Shown piece by piece: positions 1 through 14,276 of a stretch of 64,000 nucleotides of DNA; positions within the stretch are counted from its first letter, which is position 1, and the number at the start of each line of letters is the position of its first letter. The notes below the pieces were generated by a model, which searched no databases, was not told the DNA's origin, and saw only the letters and a program-made list of their open reading frames with translations. Where the stretch lies: positions 31,750,401 through 31,814,400 of the forward strand of contig CM120641.1 of assembly GCA_051362555.1 (NCBI GenBank), written 5' to 3'. A program made the position numbers and the translations under genes. Source of the stretch: Lingula anatina. Lineage: Eukaryota > Animalia > Brachiopoda.

Positions 1-458
1 TAAAGTAACTATGGGTGTGTCTTTGCTAGTTTTGTGAATATTTTACAGTTGAATTTTTAAAACTTTGACCCTTGTGCATTGCAACACTGTACTATTGGAA
101 ATGATGCAACTCCTTATTAATTATGATACCATCCCTGGCGCATATGATCTGTTTCAGCCAAATTATGCCCTAGACATTAGTCTATACAAATCCTTTTTAA
201 GTTCAGTATCATATTGAGATCATCAGACTGTTTGTGGCCCTCATGGACTCATTAAATTCTATCGAAAATCATGTATATATTCCAATGGACACTTTGGTTT
301 TTCATTTTTCGCATGCAGGGATTCATTTAGTATATTGATTAGGAAATGTGAAGAAAATGCATGATGGAAATATAATTTTGCAATTTTGTCAAGGTGAAAC
401 TATATATTGCCTGGACTGATGTGCTGCACACTTTTTGTTTTGCCATGGTATTATATAA

Positions 459-810
459 CAGACATGCTGAAACTGTCGGACCGATCGGTCATGACTGGGA
501 AAATTTGTCTGGACCGGTAGAAAATTGGACTTGGTCAGTTCAAAGGACCGACAAGAGTTTTAAGAACCCCAATTTTTAATTTACAGTCATCTTTCGACAT
601 ACTTCACTAATAAAATTATATAAAACCCAAAGCATTTTTTCCCTTCCATTTCAAAACTGTCACATTCACAAAGTAAGCTACCTAATCGTACTGGTAGTCT
701 CAAACGAATAGAGTGATTTTCGGTCCGACAAAAATTCATTCGGTCTGGCAAATTTTTCATTACTGCCGGTCCAAATGTCCGGCTATTCTGAAAAGTTTTC
801 AGCATATCTG
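459..810. mobile_element. MITE with CAGACATGCTGAAA TIRs (same family as 61612-62057)
   Basis: TIRs CAGACATGCTGAAA / TTTCAGCATATCTG, flanked by ATATAA direct repeats; interior is the reverse complement of the 61612-62057 copy. Confidence 0.8.
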
Positions 811-852
811 ATATAATTATGTTTGCTAACATAAAAATGAAGTAAAACTTAC

Positions 853-884
853 TTGTCTATTGACCCAGACCGATGTGTTCTTGG
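853..884 (-). CDS. PLEKHA8: PLEKHA8/3-like putative 32-nt exon 6 ([10 protein letters not shown])
   Basis: TTTTACTTTATAG| acceptor and |GTAAGT donor, open in phase 0; no motif support. Confidence 0.6.
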
Positions 885-2224
885 CTATAAAGTAAAACAA
901 AATATATGAGTAAACAGACTGAAAATAATAAATGAGGCACACACTGATTGTCTGATATAAATATCACACCATTCAGCAAAATTAAAAATATTACTGACAT
1001 AAAGAGAGACTACAAGGAAACAAATTTACCAACCATACTGATATTTTTCAAACCAGTTAAAAGTTATGACAAATTCATTATCTGAAATTCTGGTATAAAA
1101 TTTAAATGCCAGCAACAAGAGCAACCAGAAATGTTAATGTTGAAATAAAAAACAGTAAACAAGGCAGCAAAGCTGTAAAATATACAGACAAAAAGCAGAA
1201 AATAAAGATGCTAAAAAAAGGTCATTTGTCAATTTTGATGCAATAATAAATAATGCTTATAACAGCACAGTCAACGCCAAATTTTAATCACCTGGCAAAA
1301 GAGGTAACATGGACAATAAGAAATTAGCTTCAGGACCATGAGAGTTCAAATTCACATACTTAAAACCCAAATATGTGAACCAGGAAGCAAAATGATTCAC
1401 AAAATAGGCCACTGTCGCTTCTGATGCAATAATACATTGTGCTTAACAGCAAAGTCAACATCAAATTTTAATAATGCACAACAGGCAATGCACATATAAG
1501 TAAAATATTTAACTAGCAATATGCTTCAGAGAGTTCAAGTTCACACTTTGAAAATGCCAGAATGAGAAAAATGAAAATTTCACAAAAAACTGCATAAATT
1601 CCAGAAAACATGATAATTCAATCAAGCTGGTTTTCCAATTTTAAGCTTCATTTCAATCCTAAGAATCATCAAGTTAAAAAATAATAAGTAACAGTTTCCT
1701 TTTCATAACGTTTGTGGTGGCAATGCACAAAGTAGTTTTTTTTATCAATATTGATGCAATATTCCATAATGATTAATGGCATAATAACCACCAATTTTTC
1801 ATTGTTTACAATACATAACTAAAATGAACATTTAGAAAATTTGATTACCATTTGGCATCAAGCCTGTAGGAGTTCTTAGTCCTACATTGAAAATGCCAAT
1901 ATGTAAAAAAATGAAAATTTTATAGAGAATTGTACTTCTTTAAGAAGAGAATGCAATCAGACTGGTTTTCCAACTGCACACCTATGAATCTTTCTGTAAG
2001 CTTAAGAACCACAAGTAACATGGATTTCAGTATGGTCATTATGACAGCAGTGCCCAAAATAGGGTTTTATTCAATTTTGATACAATATTACATAATTTTT
2101 AACACCATGGTGACCATCAATTTTTAATAAAAAAATAAAAGTATCATGGATATTCAGAAAATATGACACTTGTAGGGTCAAAGTCACACCTTGAAAATGA
2201 GAAATACAAGAAAAATTAAATTAT

Positions 2225-2265
<41 letters not shown>

Positions 2266-5265
2266 GTATAACTTCCACAAAAATTAACCTATCAGACTGG
2301 TTGTCCAACTGAAGCTTTATTTATTCCTTTGTTTCTTTTCTTTTGAAAAAATGCTCCTATCATGCTGATTTTCAAACTTAACTTGTTTTTTGTGAATATT
2401 CATCAGTTCTGTAAGTTTGAAGACAAAAGGTAAAACGTTTTTCCACTTTTTGTGTTATCACTGAAAGTGCACAGCGAGGCCACGACAGGTGCAGATGACG
2501 GGTTTATGTACAGACACATCTTCATCAAAACTAAAGCGATCAAGTTAATTTTCCAACTTAATCTGTATATTAGACCTATGAACCAGTCCTGCAAAATTTA
2601 AAGACAAAATATGATGAAAAAAAAAGGCCCATGTAAACCACTTCAGCTTAGAATGCCAGCAGAAAAATCCATTCAAACATCATTTTCCGGTAAAATTAAA
2701 CAATGCCTTTTGGTAATTCTCTTAGTTATACTACTTGAAACTATATGCTGGCATTTGGTTGGTTTTTGTGACAAAAAAACTTTGTATGCATCTTTAAATA
2801 ATTGAATAGACAGGCACCTGGCTTCACAAGGATATAAACCCCTCCAGTAAGAGAGGTGAACGGGTATGAATTGTTATCAGTAGTTTGAAAAGTCATCTTA
2901 CAGGTAGATAATGGTAGCTCAGTTTGACAGCTTAATGAACTGGCTCTCACCTCCGGTGGCACGTATGTCGTCACCGGACCATGTGATCACGTAGCTCATT
3001 AACTTCCAGACCTAGCTAAAAGGGAGGTTTTTTGAAGCTCAAAATTTACCTCCTATTTGTATATTTTGATTAAGATATCATTAGTTGGGCATGTTTTCTA
3101 AAGAATAGTCTCTGTTAAGGCCATTCTGATGGTCTGACGATGAACCTTTAAAGTTGGTAATGTTGCCCTAGCATACCTTTACCTGAGTACTACGTGTGCG
3201 GCCCAAGGTGAAAGATAACGATCGGTACAGTTAGCTTAGAACGCAAAACAACATTGTTATTACCATTCATAAAAATAACAGATGAATCAATTTTTTAGAG
3301 CTGCACTGTTGCGCTATGGTTTCTTTCCTGGAGTACTCGCATAAAATAGCAATCAGTAGTTTTGCTGATGCACACAATACAGTTTTCCAATTATCGTGTT
3401 ACCACTGAAAGGGCACAGTGATGACAACAGCAATGATGCCAACAAGAGATGCAGGTAATGGCTATATGTACAAACACGCTGTCTGTACATAAAAAACATT
3501 TCAAACTTCTTTTAGACAGACGAAACCTATAGCTGAGATGAAACTTTCTGACAATTTTTCAAGTAAAATTTTTTCTATAGTTCATCTTGTGTAGATGTTG
3601 TTGAATGTTACTTTAAATTCATTATTTTCAAAAATACATTTTTTTGTTGCTGTTAATATTCTTGAAATAATATTTTTTACTTGTTTAGCGTCTGCATATT
3701 TGCCAGCTTTGCTGTCTAGTTGATAAGTATGGTCAGGTAAAGAAAAACTAATGAATATTTATATATATGGTCAATTCAATTAAAATATGCCCAATCTGCT
3801 TTGATTAAGTGAAGATTAAGATTTTACATAAACAAAATATTATTAAAGATCCTTTACCTTCTTGAGATGCCCATGTACAGTAAAAGGCATTCCAGTGGGA
3901 GTACTAGTAGGAGAGGGAGAGGACAATGAGCCATCTACAACTAGTTGAGTGGGCACCTCCATGGTGATGTACTCCTCAGCCATGCTCATACACGCCTCCA
4001 GGGTTTTTATAAATATATCACAGGTGGCACTGAGGAGCGGTGTGGCCTCCTCTAGTTGCTGAAAAAAAAACACCATTTATATCAGTCTTTATTTTAAAAA
4101 ATCCTGCAACTTGAGATGAATTCATTACTTGCTTTTTTGCAGCCAGTCTTAAAACTCACATTTTGGACACCACCTGCACGTTGGAAGAGAGGATAACAGA
4201 GGCTGACCAAATGTAACTTACTTTGGCACCATCTTGTTTGATAATGGTTTGTGTAATAATGAGAGAGAAACAACTCTGGTCTAAACATGTTGCTTCTGCT
4301 GCTCCCATCTGCCCATTGGCAAAGGATAAATGATGATAATGATTATTACTATCTTAGAACATTATTTTGTTTGACTTAATATCAAATAAACATATACCTC
4401 GTTTATCAAAATATATCTACATGGATTCAAAAAAGGAATGTCATACCCATATTGTTTGCCATGTGGAAACAAGGCAGCAAAGCTGTCAAATGTACAGACA
4501 AAAAAGAGAAAATAAAGATGCAAAATGAGTCATATTGTCAATTTTGACGCAATAATAAATAATGCTTATAATAGCACTGTCAGTCAACACTGAATTTTAA
4601 TCATGCACAACAGGTAAAATGGTCAATAACATGAGCGGACCCAGATATTTTCTGACAGTATTCCAAAGTATCTATTTTGATCCATCCTCCATTTTGATGG
4701 TCTTCCAACAGAAGAAAAAATAGATACCAGGCAATATAAACTTAATAACCTGACTGTCTTCCGGAAGACCCAGAAGATGGTCTCGATCTACCCTTTCAAT
4801 AAGATTACAGTTTCAGGACCATGAGTTTAAATTCACATGATGAAAGTCTCAATATTTGAAAAATGATGACAGTGCATAAAATAATATTACATAAGTAACA
4901 TACTGTTTAAAGACATAAAAAACAATACAACTGCTTATGTGGAAATACAGAAATGTCAGAGCCTCAGGCGGATGAGAGTTAAAAGTCACAAATGCAAGTG
5001 TTTGAGAAAAAATTATAAAGGAAAACATAACTAAACTAGAAAAGCGCTCCGAGAGTGCAGACCTCTGCCAAGGTAGCAATTGTTGATTATTATTGATTAT
5101 TGTCCTCTTTGACCCACTTCTGACACTTCCTGAAAATTTCAGCAAAATCGGTCCATAACTTTTTGAGTTATGTTGATGACAAACAGGGGTGAAAATATAA
5201 CCTCCTTGGCAGAGGTAAATATAATTCCAATGAAGCTGCTATTCAAACTTTTAATCTTTGAGTTT

Positions 5266-5361
<96 letters not shown>

Positions 5362-8300
5362 CAATTTTGATGTAACATTACATAATAAATTATAGAATAA
5401 TTATCACCAATTTTTGATTATTGACTATAAATAGCATGAACATGTAGAAAATTTGATTACCATCCGGCTTCATGTCCACGGGAGCTCCGAGTCCCACAAT
5501 GAATATGCCAAAAAGATAATGAATATTTCACTAAAATGTATAACTTCCAGAAAAAGAAGCCAATTAGACTGCTTTTCCAACTCGTGCTGCATTTTAGTCC
5601 TGTGTTTCTTTTTTGAAAGTTTGACAATCATAAGTAACATGGTTTTCCCATAATGGTCATTATGGTATTGTAACAACAATTTATATAAAAGATTAAAATA
5701 TTTATTACAGAATTAAAAGTCCATGTCTCACAGGCCACGTCGCATCCCGACTTCCCGCTTCACACTCATGACCTCTGACCTCCATCACGTGGCTTATTAC
5801 ATCATTACATCACAGTCATCATGGCAGAAGCACCAAAAATTGTGTTTTCTTTTATTTTGATGCAACATTACATAATGCTTAACAGCATAATACATCAATT
5901 TTTAATAATAAAATATATGTGTCATGGATTTTCAGAAAATGTGACTAGCATGGGTCTTCAAGCCCGTGGAGGTTCTAAGTCGCACCTTGAAAATGCCAAG
6001 AAGTGAAAAATTAAATTTTTACAAAAAACTGTTAAATTGCCAGAAAAATTTACCAAACAGACTGCATTGCCTACTGAAGCTGTATGTTAGACCCATGTTT
6101 CTTTCCTGTAAGTTTGAGAAAAGTAAGTGACATGATTTCCCTTAAATGGTCATCATACATGTAGGAGCAGTGCCCAAAATAGGTTTTTTTTTCAAATTTT
6201 GATGCAACATTACATAATGTTTAACAGCATAATGACCATCAAATGTTATTAATAAAATATTAGTAACATGGACATTCAGAAAACATGACAAGCAAAGGTC
6301 TTCACGATCATGGAACTTCAAAGTCACACCTTAAAAATGCCAACATGTGATAAATTAAATTTTCACAAAAAACTGTTTAACTGCCAGAAAAAGTTACCAA
6401 ACAGACTGCATTGCCTACTGAAGCTGTATTTTAGTCCCATGTTTCTTTCCTGTAAGTTTGAGAACAGTAAGTGACATGATTTTCCTTAAATGGTCATCAT
6501 GGGAGCAGTGCCCAAAATAGGGGTTTCTTCAAATTTTGATGCAATATTACATAATGTTTAACAGCATAATGACCATTAATTTTTAATTATAAAATATTCG
6601 TATCACAGATATTCAGAAAATGTGACTAGCAAAGGTCTTCAGGCCCATGGAACTTCAAAGTCACATCTTGAAAATGCCAAAATGTAAACAAGACAGCACT
6701 GTTCTGAAATGGGTTTATTTCCGTTTTTAACTCTTTTTTAACATAAAACAAAATAAACATTTTACTGCCATTTTTTTTATGACCAACTAAGAAAATTGAT
6801 GAGATGAGAAAAGTATCAATAGAACAGTGTTAAATGTCCAATTTCCTCCATTCTGAGATTCTGAACATAGTGGATGATTGAATCTGACAAACTGCAATGA
6901 TATGAGTTTATTTCCGTTTTTGACACTTGATTACACAATACATGATAACAAGTTTACCATCATTTTTACATAATCAACTAACAATGTTGTAAAGATGCAG
7001 GTAATGTCAAACAAACACTTTTACATATCTTATTACTTAAATAATAAGGCTATTAACATGCCTAAGAATTAAATCTGAGGAAATCTGAGGAAATGTGAAA
7101 AAACAGCATAACTTCTAAAATATGCTGACGACATGCTGATTATGCTGATTTTCGAACTCAACCTGCGTTTTAGTAAGACTGACCATTCCTGTGAGTTTAA
7201 TGACAATTGGGCTTTCTGTTTTTCTTATATTGTGTTTACAGTGTTGCATATATGCTGAACAATGAAAAAACCGCATAACTACTAAAATAGTGGCCCGATC
7301 ATGCTGATTTTCGAACTTGACCTGCATTTTAGTAAGATTGATTACTCCTGTGAGTTTCATGACAACAGGCCTAACAGTTTTCCTTAAAATGTGTTTACAA
7401 GGTTGCATATATGCTGAAAAGAGAAAAAACAGCCTAACTTCTACAATAATGGCCCGATCATGCTGATTTTCGAACTTGACCTGCGTTTTATGAATATTCA
7501 TCAGCTCTGTAAATATAAAGCCAAAAAGTGAAACTGCCTTCCACTTATCGTGTTTACAAGGAAAGTGCACGGCGCCGGCGACGGCATCGGCATCGGCATC
7601 GGCGACGACAGACGCAGGTGATGGCAATATGTACAGACACATCTGTGTCTGTACATAAAAAAGAGATGTATGATTTATCTTGTAGTTTTCAAACGATAAT
7701 ACTGTAATTTGTGAAGATTCCATTCCACTAATGACTATAAACACATTATTTCCCCCCAATGTATTAACTTTACAGTGTACCCGCATCATCATCATCATCA
7801 TCATCAATAGCATGCATTTCGACACTTTGAGAGAATCAAGAAAGACTAGTGTCCCATTCCCATACCTAGATTGATCTAACAGGATCGATCCATCTCCAGA
7901 GGGTTTCTTGCTAAATTGCTTTAGCATTAGCCACTCAGATATCTGGCATGCCTACTGAAACTTTTAAACGATAGTTAATTATCCTTGTAGCACCTTTAGT
8001 AGGCGTGACAGACATCTAAGCCACTTAAGTTGATTGCAATTTAGCGAGAATCCTCTCAGAGATAGATCGATCCACAGTTAGTACGATAGGGGAATGGTCC
8101 CTAACAAAGATCTGGGAATGGTCCCTAACATACTGCCACATCTCACACACTGCCTCAAACCAACCTGTGCATCTGGACCGTCCTCTTTACTAATGGCCTG
8201 TTTAACACTGTGCACTTGCTGCATCATTAAGTCACAGTAGAGACGCAGCTCTGACTTCTTGGCCTTCAAACCATCTATAACAACTGTGGTCTCACCTAAA

Positions 8301-11300
8301 GAAGAGGCTGACACAGAGTTACAAAGCCATACAAGATATTTTAAATGTAAAAGCATATTAAAGGGATAATAACTATCCGTATGAGATCTATATTTCACAA
8401 TAAAAACATTGTAAACAACTCATAGAAATATAAAATATATGTTTTACCACACAAATGGCAGTTATAGCTATTATTCTGATATCTGAGCTTGTCGTCAGAC
8501 TACGTGACCTCCATAGATGGCTATACTCTGTAATAGAAAGATTATAACAAAAAAAACCTTTTTAGAAAAAAACCAGGGACTAACTTTGAATGTAGAAATG
8601 GATTCGTTAACCATTGGTAACTGGGGTAGCACCAGGATTTTTTTTGCTTTAGCCAAACTTCTGAAAAATTTAAGCCAAATCAAAATTTTAAAGCTAACTT
8701 ATAATATTTTTAGCCAAATAGAAAAATGACTATTTAAGGAGTTTAAACCAACATTTATTCCATTTTAAATGCATTTTTTTACAATGTTGATGCACACAAG
8801 ATTTAAAATCTAATGAATCTTTCCTTCTTTTGTAATTGTTCAGCTTCTTGTAGTATATACATGTAACACATACATCATCCGAAAACTGTAAAAAAATAAA
8901 TGATGCAAGTGTTCAAAATTGATGTTTCTAAAATGGTTTGGACTCCATCCTCTTCCATTGGTATTAGATGTGTGGGTCCACATTAATGTCATTTCTGTTA
9001 CTGCTGAACTAATACATTTGAATGGTTCGACACTTTGTTTGCAGGCAGGTCAACTGAAACTGAAAAGCAAAAAAAATGACAGGTCATTGAAAGCCAGTGA
9101 CAGTGGGACGGTATTAAACATTAACAAATGTGTCAAAAAATAGGGGGCAATATTCATTTTTATGTATTGCAAAGTTCAAAAGAGTTCAGATTTCTAATTT
9201 CTAAAGCAAGGCCTCGCTGGTGGATACGTCAACCCCCCCCCCCAACCCCCATTTTTATTTAAGATCTGCATCAATCTCAGGTATGCTATTTTGGTCCCAC
9301 CCCAAAAAGTCGGAAATCCACAAATAGTCGGAAAAACCTCATCCATGCTTAAGAAAAAAATTCCTACTTCTAAAAAATGACATAATTTTGGGAATAACAA
9401 CTTTTGATTTAAATGTTTAGCCTAAAATTCAGTTTAGTCTGAGCCCCAAGTCAATACAGCAAATGCAACTTAGATGAGTCTCAGCTGGTACCAGTTTATT
9501 GATTTTTCAGTTGTGGGACTGGAATCGCTTGTTGTGATTTGTAACAGTTATGTCAACGAGGGAAAGTTCAAGATAACGATATGCTTTTAAATATATAATA
9601 CACTGACTGAAACTTTAATTACTTTTCACAAGATTGCACGGTACATACCATCTTTTTCACATGTTGTCTCCGGGAGTTTCTGCTGTGAGAAGGTCTTTGC
9701 TGGCTTCATCAAACAAAACTTTGACCTGTCCCACCCCTACACAACAAAGTTACTCATTTCCTTCTGTGCTTTAACGCAAAATAAATTCTTCGGAACAATA
9801 TCTTCTTCATATTGGAAAGTTTTTCTTTAGATCCTGCACCCGCCATAATTATTCATAGCGCACGCTGAACACGCTTTAAGAAACTAATCGACCACACGCG
9901 CCACGCTATGGGGAAAAACCGGCATCGCGTCACTGGTCAATTTCTTTATATGGTAAATTGACCTTGCTATAATTAGATTGTATTCTAAACATAATCTGGT
10001 GCATGTTAATGCCGTTTTCACAGTTGTGTTGAACAGTTATGGGAAGTTTGCGTACCCAGCTCGACCAGACATGCTTTTGTCAACTTGGCGAAATTACTAT
10101 ACTCATTTTTCAGATTTTTTCACCAAAGTCAATTAATTTTCGCATTTGGTGAAATTGGCGAGTGCTAGCGCGACCCCAGGGTAAGTATGGGAAAATTGCT
10201 GTTTACTCCAGGAAAATTAACTTATTTAGTTATTATCCCTTTAAGGATTACTGAGTTATTTAAAATGTCAGTGTTTCAATCATTTGTAATGATTATTCAT
10301 TTTTGAATAAGTCTCATTTTGTATCTTCTCTCTTTCTCTTTCTTGGAACATTTACAGTTCAGTGGTTATTAATCACATGAATGTCACACCACTGCAGCAC
10401 CATGAAAGAGCATTATCCTGGATCACACAATAAACTATAGGATCCGAACGGCGATATCCAACATGCAGCAGAGATGGGTCATGTGTACCCCCAGTGCTCA
10501 TCCTTATGGTGCAATAACCCTGGCATTATTGAAGTTTGGCTGCTAAATAACCGAAATTAGAATCATTGGCTCTTGTAAGCCCTTGAAATTTCAAAACTTC
10601 TGAGGTTTGCTTTGGTTCAAGTAACAAAAACAAGATTTACCATTCAGTAAATAATCAAGAAATTGTATGGCAGGCAAATTTTCTGAGTTTAAAGTATAAA
10701 AATGTATGAAGCTGAAAGAGTTAAAGCAAAAATCAACACCTCTCTCAACCCCTGCTTTGTCTTCAAGATTTCAATACCTCTCTGTCCAATGGTTCCTCCC
10801 TTGCCATCAGCAAGACAAGCTTTACAGCTGCCCAGAGCCACCAGCCATGTCTGTCTCTCTTGTGGTGTGCAGGCTTTCACATAGTAGTGCTGCTCACCTG
10901 GAATGATCAGGTCAATCCTGCTGGCATCTGTGGGATGGACTTTCATATGAAAATCAGAAACCAGAAGTTAGTATTACAAAACACTTGAATCAGATGGCTT
11001 GAATGGTGTAAATCCTTCAGAAAATGTTTCAAACTAACAATTTGCTAATAAATTTTCACAAATTTTGAGTTCAATACGTAAAACGTGTCCTTTTTTTCTA
11101 GATTTAGAATTTACAGAGCAATGCGGACAGGTGAGATGACAGGGACAGATGCTTTCTCACAGGCTTTTCCCAGTGAACCATCCAGTCATCATTTGGATGG
11201 TTGCTGGCATCACCAGATAGTCTATATTTTCAAAGACGGATGGACGACTAACAAAATTATTGAAAAACGACCACTTGGCTTGTCCAGATAGCCGTGGACG

Positions 11301-13494
11301 TTGTACCAGATTCTCTTGAAGTAATTTGACATACCTAGCTTGTATGATGCTTCCCTGTTGAATAATACTTTATAGTGCACCCTGTACTTCAGTCATGACG
11401 AAACAACCGCCTAAAGCTTATAAACCTCAATAAAATGTTTCAACTTACTTTAAAATACATAATCCACACTGAACGCAGCAGTGACAAGAGTGACTTACAT
11501 TTGGTACAAAACAATTGTAAGCCCTAAACAAAGTCTGGGCAAACTTACTGCCAAATTATGAAAGTGGACACCTTACGAACCTTCATACGTATGGCACATG
11601 ACAGGGCTGATAGACAAGAAGGCGAATTTCATGTCTCCAGAGGGAGATTGTTTGCAATCTGAGTGAGACGAAAATGTAATTTTCTTATTTGTTCAAGAGA
11701 CTTCATTGGGGGAAGATTGTCAACTGGAAATTGTTACCATTGTGAGCTAACTAGAAGGCAATTCTCATATTCCTTTGAGCTTCGTTCAAAGAAGATCGCC
11801 AGCCAGACATCTTTACTAATCTGAGTTATACGAGAAGGCCATTCTCTATTCAGCAGGAGATTGTTCGCCATCTGAGAGAGATGAGAAAGCAATTTTCATA
11901 TTCGTTCAAATGACTTTGCTCATGAAATATCATCAATCAGACATGTTAACCAAACAGAGCGACACAAGAAGGCACTTTGCATATCTTTAGGGACAGTTCG
12001 CAATATGAGCGCCCTGAAATTTTGAACACCAAAATCAAAACCAAATTTTAACTAGATTAAACTAAATCAGACTAAATCATAGCTATGGATGCATCTATTT
12101 TAACTTTGGAGAAATATGGGCTAGTAAATATGTGTATTTTATGAGAAAAAGTCGGAAAAGTAGTCAAATTCAAGACTGCATTAAGATGCTCAATTTTTGA
12201 TTTCCCAATATTCAAGTTCAACAGTAACTAAAAGTATGTGTGTATCTCTGCCTATTTGCAAAGTACAGTTCATGGTGGAAAGTAAGTCAAAGGTCAAATT
12301 CAATGTCACATTAAGATTGCCAATATATGATTTGCTATTCAAATTTAGTTTGAAAAATGTATACCATTGAGCATTACTTTTTGAATAAATTTACAAAACT
12401 GACTCCTAAACCTTATGAAAAAATAAATGATACCGCTTTCAGTGTTGCACTTGACAAGCTCTACAAATTGCACAAACAAGAGGGCTGTAGCTTTATGGTT
12501 CTGGCTTTCACTTTTGGCATCTAATGGCTGCTTCTCCCATGAAAATGCACCAATTTACCCTAAACACAGGATGATTAAAGAAAACACCAAGATTAACTTC
12601 TCAACATAATATCAAACAAATCAGGACTCTCAAAGTTCAGGACTCGCAGCAATACAAGAGTTTACCAGACAAAGGTTTTGAGAAGGCGAATCTTTATTTT
12701 AAAAGACAGGCCAGCATCCTTGAAGATTGGGCCCAGACAGGTGAATGCATTTTTCCCATGCCCAACTCTTCTTCAGTTTTCTGTCTTGCAACAGGCTTTG
12801 GATGTCACTTGGGCCCCCGAGATAGTGGAATGAAGAGACCTGGTCAATGGGAGTGTCCCTGAGAAGCAATATGCAAGGTGGTGGGACCTGATACAGACGA
12901 CAGCGGCGGCAATGACAAACACTGGTGATGGCTATATCCTGTATGTACATGAAAACCTCAAAAACATGGATTTACCTCTCTTTTACCTTCTTCCCTTGAC
13001 CCTTAAACATAAATATTGCCAAGTGGATGTGCAATATAAACTGAGCAGCAACAGCACTAAGTAACAACATCTCGTGACACAGTAGCTGTACTCACCAATA
13101 ACATCACAAACTGACATGTTAATGGAACCCTTACAGCCATTTTCGACATCATCTTGAGACTTGTAATAGGAAAGGATTCCATTGTCAAGAATAAACCAAC
13201 GTGACTGCCAGCCTAAAAATTACAATAATGCAATTAGACTTCTGATCTGAACATTAAAACAAACATTCATCTCCAGATACAGTAACATAATTCAGGCAAT
13301 CATTTTGTCATGTCATAAAGGGGTGGGGGAGAGCCCATACATTCCCAAAAGGTATTTGATGCATTCTGATTATCTGATGCTCTCTTAATTGTGTAAACGT
13401 GCATGGAAAACACTGACTGACCTAGAGGGTCAAAGAGGCATTAACCCTTTCTGGTATCTTAATTGCCATAATTTTATATATTACCATAGCTCTT

Positions 13495-13579
<85 letters not shown>

Positions 13580-13819
13580 CAAGCATGAGTGTGGAACTGA
13601 CTGCTCAACAGTCCGGAGCATTTGTACACAATTAAAATTAATAAATAAACAAATAAACAAGAGACATGCAATAACCCCAACTCCGAGTTTCATGGGCATA
13701 CCCAGAAGGTATGCCCGCTCGTCAGGAGATTTATTTGAAAAACCTTCTGGGTATGCCCGTAAAACTCGGTGTCAGGGTTCTTGCATGTCTCTTCTTTATT
13801 TATTTATTTATTAATTTTA

Positions 13820-13911
<92 letters not shown>

Positions 13912-14196
13912 CGTGAGTTTGGTACAGAGTGCTCAACAGTCTGGAGCTCGGAGTTGGGGTTATTACATGTCTCTTGTTTTTTTAAACCGGCGGATGAGAC
14001 AGGTCAGGACTAAAACCATGGGTGCCACCAGTACTGCACTGGTGGTACCGGTACAACAAGAAAAAGAGGAAACTTGTAAGGAATACATTGAAGGTTTATA
14101 TGCTAAAACAAAAGTGAAGTGGGCTGAAGAAGGGGAAAAACCAACAAAATACTTTTTGGATTAGAGAAGTGAAATTTTATAAATAAAATGGTAAAA

Positions 14197-14276
<80 letters not shown>

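Larger units (their letters stand above)
4470..7656 (-). mobile_element. HINE-1 copy with nested elements and (AT)n
   Basis: Sub-terminal IR ATGTACAGACA at both ends, 5' palindrome plus (GCCGAT)n microsatellite, 3' hairpin, inserted in T-runs without TSD. Confidence 0.8.

Noticed and set aside
2912-2960. tRNA or SINE head (TAGCTCAGTTTG A-box)
   Set aside because: No B-box or cloverleaf downstream
8919-9400. ORFs 8919..9143 and 9194..9400, mirrored at 49808..50327
   Set aside because: Chance frames within two copies of the same non-autonomous TIR element
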